DNA from: Ophelia neglecta
Taxonomy: Eukaryota
DNA: 64,000 nt
Assembly (NCBI GenBank): GCA_965285935.1
Contig: OZ260665.1
Span: 42,098,001-42,162,000 of the forward strand
Direction: 5' to 3'
In this document: positions 54,401 to 64,000 of the stretch, one piece after another
How the letters are laid out: each line of letters opens with the position of its first letter
Numbering within the stretch: the first letter of the stretch is position 1
Made by a program: the position numbers and the translations under genes
The notes under the pieces: generated by a model
Databases searched by the model: none
Seen by the model: only the letters and a program-made list of their open reading frames with translations
What the model was told of the DNA's origin: nothing

Positions 54401-57400
54401 GGGGTCATGAATGTGCATATAATGAATGAACAGGTAACACATTATAGGTAAATATGTAATGATAATCACTACATATACAAGTAGAAGAATGTAATGTTTT
54501 GCAAATTTCACAATCTTGTCTGCTAGAGTTTTCCATTCAGTAGTTGCATGTACATGGTTTCCTTACCTCCACTTGTGTACACCTCTAGCTGCTTGTTGAT
54601 GTTTGATTTGTCAACCAATGAGTGCAGCACATTCAGCACCGAGTGAACATTCCATACCTGAATCATACATAACTTAGTACAGTGCAGTTAGCATATTTTC
54701 TTCTCGTTTATGTTAACAATGTTTTAATCAATTAGAATGGACATTCCATGCCTAAATCAAGCAGTGGAACTGGTGGTTATTTGTAACTGATTTTCTGACA
54801 CTGCTGTGACAGCGACATCGATAATATATTAAAACATAATCAAACGATGAAAATACCTTGGGACTTCTTTTTAGGGCATCAATTTCTTTGTCTGTCTTTT
54901 TGCTAAGTTTGGTTCTGTACTGGCTAAAGGATTGGAACTGTGAATACAAAATGATTAAATTATAAATGCATTATTGATACCCAATTAATGTATAAATACA
55001 TTTATCATTACAAACAAACACATATTTGTCTGCAAACTTCATAAACTAATACAGTTACAGTCAAACCTGTTTTACAAGTCACCTGCACATATTGGTCACC
55101 TGCACATACCAGTCAGCCATTTACAGTCCCTTGAGTTTTAACAAGTAATAGATAATAATGGGCACATCCTGATCATATTGAGCAAAGCTAGGGGTGTAAT
55201 GTCGGCCAATATTATGATATTACACATTGTAATATTGTGTCTGTGTACCTGTGACCTATTGTGCAAAGGACAGTTATAGTACTACATCTCTGATGACTAA
55301 AAATAATCTAGGTTTGAGGAATGAGGTTAATTCATGGATTTATTAGTATTAACTTCCTTATAAGAATAAAGAAACAAATAAAAACTCCTTGTTAGAGGGC
55401 TTCTATCTGTCATTAATTATATACATGTACATAAATACTCTCAGAAACATAATAATACAAGAAAATGTTTCTAATGTTAGTTTCTGCGTTAATAAGATTT
55501 TTGTGCATTTTCTCTAAAAACAATGTTCAGTAAAAATCATTATCTCAAAAAAAAATTTCAGCATATCTGATAAAGCTAAACGTGGACAAACAGGTCACCC
55601 ATACAATCAGGTCACTCTGGCCCAGTCGCTTGACTGACCTGATTACACAGGTTTGACTGTATGCAATTATTTTTACAAGCAGCGACTTTGTCAGTCACAA
55701 GCCCTGTTTACCTGGTAAATAAATTCGTCAATGATATCCCAAAGCCACTGATTGGGCAGCTCTAGTGGCACAGGTCCTTCTGCATCTGTCAGTAAAAATA
55801 AACATGCATAAGTCGCAGAAATCAGTGTTGAGAATTTATTGGAAAATCATAATCAATAATTGGTATGAAGTACAGAAAATAACATGATAGATTGGGCAAC
55901 AACAAAAAAGATAGTTTGTTATGCTCCTGGGTCAGTTATCAATGCTGAGTGGTTGGAATAATAAGGACCGCCACTTATAAAAACAAGGCTTGACTTCCAT
56001 GCTTGCCCGTTGAAGTTTGGTTTCAGTGTATTGGAACCAACTGTTTTCATCAAATAGCTGAACACAATATTACAGCAAGACATTGCGCTCAATGTAAGCT
56101 TACCTAGATAGTTTAGTGAAGTTTCTTGTAAGCCATGTGAAGATATTTTGGCAGATTTTATTGAATTGGAATTAATGAAATCAAAAGAAAGCTACACTAT
56201 TCACTTTCTGATTATGATTATTTAGATTCCAATCAATTATAGCCATAGTAGAATTGGCTGGAAGTACCAACCAATTTTCCATTCTTTTAAATAATCATCC
56301 CATTTCTAGCAGAAATACTGGAGATTGCTTCAGGGATTTTATTTTTTCAATAGCCACATATTATCCAATCATTGTCATTTTAGTTGCTTTAGCAAAATTG
56401 TCTCAGTTGCCACAGGACAAGAAAATAAAGATGAATATATCAAATGGCCTTAATCTCTTGATAATGCCAGGAACTAAACATGCAAAATAAAATAGCATGG
56501 AAAGAAATGTTGGCCTTAATCACCTTATTCACATAGACCTATGATCTAGCTGAGGCTTTTGTCAGGTGGTTATTAATGCTAAATAGCAAACTTACAACAC
56601 CAAAGAACACTTTCTTCAGAAAATAAAGATATATAATTGAGACTTACTGAGGATGTAATTGAAAAGAGAGCAGTAGTTGTAGTAGCTCTCAATCCTCTGT
56701 TCCAGACTTGGTCCTCCCTGCACTCGGGCATACACGTGTCTATAATACAGCTCCTTGTACAGAATCAAGAACATCTGGTCTGCAACAAAAAAGACAGTGG
56801 ATTAACAAATGGACCACACTATAATTGGTAATAATTTTATTTGATGATACCCCCCCTTCCCGCAACAGTGATAATTTTTCCCCAAGAACCCCTCAGTGAT
56901 TTTGCTGGGTTCAGAATTTGTCAGGACATTTGTCCTGAATTGTCAAAAAAATTCAGGACAGTCTGCATATTTTCAGGACACTTTTATGGCACACAAAAAA
57001 GATAAAAAAAACACCTCATAACTGATTTTAATTTGATGAAATTCAATGAATTGTTTATATGGATATGAAGATATACAATACATGCATATATGGCAGTAAT
57101 AATGGAGCTTTAGGGAGTGATGGTGGGTGAAGTGTATATACAATTACACGTATGTGCTTGGCTGCAAGCAAACACGTCTGCCAGCTCCCCACACCGTCAC
57201 AATACTGGTACACACACCAGTGACACACATTAGTGACACTACATCTGTCCCCCAACCATTACTTGGTAGTTTGGCTCAGCAATTTGGAACTGCACACGTT
57301 GCGTTGCGTGGAGCATGGTAGATTTTCCCGGCAGATGGAAAGTATGGGGCATCGTATATACTTCTAGCAAACAGCTGCTACAAAGCAACAGGCTGTCTGA

Positions 57401-59962
57401 TTCGCGAGACTGAACATCACTCAACCAATGAGCGGCGCTCTAACAAATACAAGCTCTCTTTGTTTCGTGGAGGAAATAAAAATGTAAATAACATCCGCTG
57501 AATTTAGCCAGGACAAACTACATAAAATAAACTATAGTTATCAGTTTCTACGTGCATTATAAACGAGCTGTATTGATTCTGACAGGTAACCAGGCGGCAA
57601 AAGCCATCAGACAAATGTCCGGAAGCTTTTTAAAAGTTTAGGACATTTACCATTTTTGTCGGCAAATGGCCGATGGCCGACGGTCAGCAAAATCACTGGA
57701 ACCCCTCTTGTTAAAATTGGATTCCCACTCCTTGCAAACTCTTTAAGCCAAATGATGATTGATACCCCCTACTTTTCTTTATAGCTTTATTTCTTGCAAA
57801 ATCTGTTTATGCTCTGGGAGACCCCTTAGTTTTCATTAAATATCATCTTGCAAAACTTGTACACCTCCCAGGAGACCCTCTAGACAAAATTAATAACCCC
57901 CCCCCCCCCTAATTTTCATTAAAATAATAATAATTCTTTTTATTAAAAAACATTCAATAGTCCAGAAATTGATCTTACCATTATTTACTACTGGGGCCAC
58001 AACTTCTGCATCTGGCCAGGGATTGTTTTTGAAGAAACGATCTGTTAGCTTGTTGAACCTAAAAAAAATTCAATTTTCAATTTGTATTTTTTTCATGAAA
58101 CAATCTGATATAATTCGATACATGAAGTCCATACTTGCTGATTTACTTGACAAGTCCCTCTTCCAGGAAATAAAACCAACCAGTAAAATATTTTACAGTG
58201 TTTAAAGCCTTACCAAATGCAAATATAGATCATTTATCACCCACTGTCTGTAAGATTACTACCAGCTAAATTAATACCTACCCACTTTCATAGGCATTCT
58301 GAATTTCAAACAGATTTTGTTCACCAATACACTTTTGAAAATATGTTAAAAAGTTTTTGATGACTTCAGGAATAATGTAGTTCTTTTGATGCTGGTGTTC
58401 CAACTCGGCATCAGCTCTGGGATCCCCTGTGCAAAAGAAAATTAGAGGTTATTGATGTACAACTATTAATATTGGCTATTAAATTTGTTAATTATATATT
58501 TCTGTCAAAAAATAACTATAAAAAATAGATGTATTTACAAATATGTATTTTTTACAAATGAAATTATTAGCACCTGTATGAGCTCCACTGTAGCCATGTC
58601 CATCATCGTAGTATGCGTACGGATCATACTGCAAATATAATTTACAACATGACTAAACACCCCAGTACAGGCTGAAGCAATATGTCAGTTTTGCTTGCAA
58701 AGATGTTGAATACTTAAATTTAAATTTGATTGTTTAACTATGATTAAAAAACAAAAACTCCTATAATATCTGAAAAATGTTAATCTGCGACAGTAATGTA
58801 AATAAATGGAGTGTAATTTAAAGCCTTTTTTTGTGACTTGATGCAGCTTATTTGATTGCACAACCAAAGGTAAATCCAACTCGAAAGGAGAGGCCTAGTG
58901 TATATATTTCAAGGAGATGGATATAGGTCTAGACAAATCTAAAGATAAGTAGTGTAACATTCTGTTTGCTATTCTATGATTACTAAGAGTACTCTAGTAT
59001 CTCTGAATAAATGCATTTATTCACAACAAGTGATATAGCATCATGCGCCCTATGGGCCTTGCATAGAAAGGTTGTTACAGTACATTCATGCGTGCATACT
59101 GAATATGAAAAAAGAAGTATGTATGGGAAACCATGTGGACCTGCATATCCTCAATTCTGAAAATGGGAATGTTTCCATCTGCACCAAACTGGTGCCAGCC
59201 TGGGCAACTGAGAATCAAAGGGTAAAAGTTGCAATGCTATTTAAGATATGCAAATGTGTAGGCCTATAATTTTTTTGTACATATATTCTAGATGTCCATA
59301 ACTCTGGTGTTGTATATAATTTGTACAGCTATGCTTGATCCAAGGCTGTGCCTTCATCATATTATACATTGATGCTCAGGTCTTGGATAATATTGGAGGT
59401 TTTCTTTTGACTTTTAACACATGTGACTTGTTGGTGTATCAAGTGTAATCAATTTTGACATTCTATGTCAGAAATCCCAGAAATATTACTCATTTGCATC
59501 GTTCCTTTTATATACTCAGAGCAGTCGAAATTTGGAATTCTGTATGTATATCAAATGTGAGTTTGCAAAATAAGACCAGAGGAAAGGGTACATCCGATGT
59601 CAGAAGGGGGATCAATGTAGCAAATATAAGGCTTGGTGCCACAAAAGAAAAAGGAAGTAAAGCCTCTTTTTGAAGACTGGAAGTTTGTGCATGTGTGTCG
59701 CATAAATAAATTAGGAAACAGTTGAGTATCTATCACTGGCTGTTCAGCAATGTTGCCAATACGCTCATTTAATGGCAATTGCTGGCAATATGGTATGGGT
59801 ACTGGTTATTTGGCCTTGCCGATAGTGTATCCGTGTAGCATACATAGTAGATTTGACGGATTTACATAGTGAATACTGTTGTTAATTAGCACAAAAAGCT
59901 AAAATAATTATACTATACGATAGTTGTACCTCTCCTTCTACAAATTCTTCGCTTTGCCACAT
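51418..59962 (-). CDS. EIF3L: Eukaryotic translation initiation factor 3 subunit L, 543 aa, 15 coding exons
   Basis: Exons 59962-59930, 58628-58574, 58426-58282, 58058-57979, 56779-56648, 55785-55712, 54937-54857, 54657-54567, 53911-53757, 53595-53425, 53065-52835, 52696-52623, 52386-52197, 51730-51650 and 51456-51418, all GT-AG and in phase. Motifs [72 protein letters not shown] and [27 protein letters not shown]. Confidence 0.97.
52401..52472. repeat. Minisatellite, ~5 copies of a 14-bp unit (CAGGACTAGTGTAA)
   Basis: Directly visible in an eIF3L intron, next to the acceptor at 52387. Confidence 0.85.
55058..55659. mobile_element. Tc1/mariner(pogo)-type MITE, 602 bp
   Basis: Perfect 13-bp TIR CAGTCAAACCTGT / ACAGGTTTGACTG, flanked by TA at 55056-55057 and 55660-55661. 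No coding capacity. Confidence 0.85.
56894..57698. mobile_element. hAT-type non-autonomous element, 805 bp
   Basis: Perfect 14-bp TIR CAGTGATTTTGCTG / CAGCAAAATCACTG, a perfect 8-bp target-site duplication GAACCCCT (56886-56893 and 57699-57706), and subterminal GGACA/TGTCC repeats. Confidence 0.9.
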
Positions 59963-60446
59963 CCTGATTTAGTGTTATTTATCACTATAAGACTGAAATA
60001 CTGGAGTTACTCTGCCCAATTTTCACCACATGGAATACCGGAACCGGAATCTCCAAGCCGGTATGGTTAGAAATCGACCTATCGAGCCTGATTGTTGGTA
60101 ACTGAAGGCCAGTGTCCGTAAGGTCGAAGTCTTAGAAATTCGCGCATCTTTCTATTGAGCAAATTTGAGGTTTAAACATGTTAATAAACGATATTAGAAA
60201 TAAATATGTGGTTCCATGTATTCAAGATAAAAAAATTGCACGAAAAAGGTTGTTTGTTTTACTGGTGACCCGAGAGGGCTGTAGTTGCTTTCTCCAACTT
60301 GGTTTTGGCTCCTGAAATCTCACTGTGACTCCATTCCCCAAACGTAAACATAAACAGCCTGATAGCAGCTGGTAAAAACGAAACCGTTTAATAATTTGAC
60401 AGCGCGCAGTTTAACAAACCAGTGTCTGTAACAGTCATTGGATAAG
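59963..60446. promoter_or_regulatory. Probable bidirectional promoter and 5' UTRs of EIF3L and PLA2G6
   Basis: The eIF3L ATG is at 59962 (minus). A plus-strand donor AAG|GTAGGA at 60446 is the likely end of a PLA2G6 non-coding exon, with its acceptor at 61192. CCGGAA ETS-like repeats lie near 60040. Confidence 0.55.
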
Positions 60447-61222
60447 GTAGGATCAAAGTTAATGTTTTAAGCATAAAATGCCAATTCCAAACATAAAGTT
60501 GTGCCCTGCCTCAATATATATTTTTTGTTTTGAACTGTCAAAATTTTTCTACAGATGGCGTGTAGGTTAGGAGGGGGGGGGGGGGGGGGGGGGGAGAGAA
60601 TGGACGAATGTGACATTATTAGTGCTAATATATTTTTGAGGATCTGTTGTGTCCTGACTAGGGCCAACTTTTTTTCTCCATGGGAACTTCCAACGTCAAG
60701 CTAAGTGCCCCATTTCTCCATTGTGAACACTCTCACTGCCACTCCCACTGAGAGACAGTGTAGGAAATAACCGGGATAACCACTGGTTGCAAAACGAAAG
60801 TACACCGAAATTAAAATGTCTGACAGCTATGAGACACTGGTCTCGGAGTAAGACCGAGCCTGGGGAATTCAGCAATCAAACATATCCTATTTCTGTGGCT
60901 ACTAATTAATACAAGTCTCTCCCAGCCCCAAACCTTAGTTGCAAGGTTACAGCAATAAATAGCTACAAATGTTCAATATTCAAATAGAGCTCATTCAGAA
61001 ACCAGCCACCTAGATTTTGGAAAAATCCTTAGAATAATTAATATACGACCAAATTAATTCTACCATTTCTTCATGGCTACAGGACTATTTTTACCCTTGC
61101 TTTACCTACATACATTGATATATTTAAGAGTTTGGGCTTTTATAGTTAAAAAATATTAATAAAATTACTCTTATTTTTGATTTTTTCTACAGGTAGTGAT
61201 AAGGTGGTGATCAGAACCAATC

Positions 61223-63984
61223 ATGTCATTTCTACGCTCCATGACCAATGCTCTGTCTGAGACAGTGTCTGATCTAGTAAAGAAAGCAACCTCTGTAGGA
61301 AATCCCTACGAAGTACAAGACTTCAGTTCCAGTAATCTTGCAAGGTTTGAATACCTTCTACTAATTCAGATATTATCACAGACTGCACCCTCAGACTGAT
61401 TGATTTATGCTTACATGTGTAACATTTATAAATTAATGAATTTCACAAAATTGTGTGTTTTGTCAGGTTTTCTGCTGTGTGTAATGAAGACTGTGTTACT
61501 CTATACAAAGATGGAGGGAACTATTTTTGCATTGTATATTACCCAGCTGTCTGTACAAAAGCATTCAGGTATATTAGCATTAAGATGACTGATCAATGTG
61601 ATAAATAAGAAGCTTAAGGTGCATATGTATGTCAAAACTTAAAGTATAACATAGTATTAAAATTATTGAATCTTAATCTGCATACACTATACTTGTATAT
61701 TATATACATATGCTTACATATACACTTTCCTGATGACTTTCAGCTTATTTCGAGTTGGTTCAGAACATGAAGCCATGACAACATTCTCCAACTTTAGCTA
61801 CAAGTTACAGCCATTATATCTAAGTAGCAAGAAGATCCTAACCAAGGAGATGTTACAGCAGTTCTGTGACATTCTTAGACAGAACCCTACGTGGACCACT
61901 GCTCACCTGGCGGCCTGGCTGGGTCTGACCGAGTGCTTTAGACATAATCTTGTCACACAGTGAGCCCTAACAACTCTAACAGTTTCATATATCTTTTTAA
62001 TAATTTTTTAAGCTTGTCTTTAGAATCCGAATAAACACATTTGACTGTTCATAAACTTTCCTCTGTTCATTGTGTATTTTGTCTGTTCATTGTGTATTTA
62101 AAAGTGCATTCCAAACCACTCTCCTGCTTTTAAAAAGTCATTTAGAGATGAATGTGTATATCTTAATGACATCAGATTTCATATAATCAAATCTTTATAA
62201 TATAGACATCTGAGTAGTCCAGACGAGACTTCCCAAATGACTCCTATCCAAGTAGCCATTCAGCAGAATCATCTGGAGAGTGTTCAGGAACTCATCATCA
62301 TGAGAGTTAGACTAAATTTGGCGGACAACAGAGGAAACAATGTGTTCCACTATGCTGCTAGTGCTAACAATAGTACTGTAATTCAGGTTAAACTCACTTT
62401 AATACTTGATAGAAATTCAGAACCAAAGATGTAAATTACATCTTAAATAGCGGATATATTGTCAACCTTTCAAAAATTCAAGTGTGATTAGAATTAAATT
62501 AGTACAAAAAATACTTAACAATTTATGAAAGAAAAAATGACTCAAGAGGTTATTTAACTAGTTTTTTTGAATGAGTATTAATTGCAGTACCTGATCTAAA
62601 ATTATAAGCAACTTTTTTTCCAGTATCTGGCCTCGAAGGAAAAAGAGTGTATTAATCAGCTGAACATGTCTGGGGAGAGCCCCCTCCACGTGGCGTCGTG
62701 TCATGACAAACCAGATAATGTTGAGCAGTTGTTACGCTGGGGAGCCAACCCTTCACTAGACATGTCCGGAAGGTTCCCCATACACTGTGCTATGAAAGTT
62801 GGTAGTGCCAAGTATGTGTGTGCACCACATATCAAATTATATTTTGCCAAAAAAAAGAACAATATTAGACACATCTACTCTTCAAATCTCTTCTATTTCT
62901 TTGTGTCAATTATTTATTTTCTGTATTTAGAAAACTTTCAAGTAATTGGTGATTATTGGTACAATATAACAGTTTTTAGAGTGTAAATATATATTAAATA
63001 TACCAGTGAACATAATATCAATATTTTCTATTTCAAATTGAAATTGGGTTTTTCTATGGCTGTTGTTTAATTTGTAGATGTGTGGAGGTGTTGTGTAGAT
63101 GGTCAAGAGACCAGCTTCATATACAAGACAAGAAGTATGGAGGAACCCCACTACACTGGGCAAAGTCTAGAGAGGTCTGCAGTATCTGCTATTCATGTTA
63201 ACAATTCTGAGGAATTTTTTTTCTGATTCAGAGATGAAGAGTAATGTATTGTTATCATAAAATACAAAATCGCTAATATAAATATTTGTTCTAGCTTCAA
63301 CATTATAGATTTAGTAGAACTTACATTTTTCATGGTAGATTACTTTCATCAATGTTCAGTGTTATTATTTCTGTTTATATTCAGTGTGTGTATTTGTTGG
63401 CTGACCTTGGTTGTAATCTAGAGGCCAAGAACAAGGCTGGAGAGACTGCCCTTCACATCATGATTCAGAAGAATCGAGTGGATTGTGTCATGGGACTGCT
63501 CACCAAGGGTGCTGATACAAAGGCAGTGGGGAGCTCTACTGCCAGCGCGCTCCAGATGGCTATACAGGCAAGATACAGTATATAATTGTAGTAACTTAAC
63601 AAGCTTGTAGATAGACATGTAGCAGTATTTTTCCCACTGGGATATTTTATTAATATACAGATTTTGCCACAGACTTAGATTTCCCCAGGTTTCAAAACAT
63701 CATAAGAGCAAACATGTCTAGTTTCTAGTCTTTTCCCATTTTTTCTAATGATTGTCATTTTATGGTTTTCTGGTTAATCAGAACACAAAGGAGTTGTTCT
63801 TTATATGTAGTTTAGAATATACATGTTAGGTGTATATGTTTGTTTTCTGTCCTATTTTTCCTGTACAGGTTGATAATGCAGATCTGGTGCAGGCGTTGAT
63901 TGTTTTTGGGGCTGACATAAATGCCCGTAATCAAATGAACCAGAGTCCAAGGCATATGGCTGCCACCAACAAACTAAAAAACAG
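61223..63984 (+). CDS. PLA2G6: 85/88 kDa calcium-independent phospholipase A2 (iPLA2-beta), N-terminal and ankyrin-repeat exons; continues beyond the window
   Basis: Exons 61223-61344, 61467-61568, 61744-61959, 62206-62386, 62624-62811, 63078-63174, 63385-63567 and 63869-63984. Motifs NPYEV, FSLFR, DILRQNPTWTTAHLAAWLGLTECF, GNNVFHYAA, GESPLHVA, KYGGTPLHWAKS, GETALHIM and ALIVFGA all parallel PLA2G6. Confidence 0.93.
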
Positions 63985-64000
63985 GTAGGTAACTAAGTAT

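Overview
AT-rich, intron-containing animal genomic DNA, most likely a marine invertebrate (probably lophotrochozoan; this is inferred from gene and repeat content, and the species cannot be determined). I reconstructed spliced gene models by hand from splice sites and reading phase. (1) A probable first coding exon of an unidentified secreted Cys-rich protein (minus strand, 3567-3807; the rest probably lies left of the window) behind a bZIP/IRF-type promoter. (2) A head-to-head pair of paralogous two-exon opsin-like class A GPCRs (16957-19353 minus; 20411-22559 plus). Both lack the retinal-binding Lys296, share an identical phase-2 intron in the ERC motif and share a C-tail DGPAL motif. (3) A PP1 glycogen-targeting subunit (PPP1R3, RVxF + CBM21). 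(4) A complete 10-exon ammonium transporter. (5) Two adjacent decayed LINEs: a gag/ORF1 remnant whose 5' end folds into a pseudoknot plus hairpin, and a frameshifted APE-RT ORF2. (6) A complete 15-exon eIF3L, carrying a TA-flanked Tc1/pogo-type MITE and an 8-bp-TSD hAT-type MITE in its introns. (7) The 5' part of PLA2G6, divergent from eIF3L, with a GC-AG intron. The most interesting candidate system is the divergently transcribed pair of lysine-less opsin-like receptors, one of which has also lost the canonical activation motifs.
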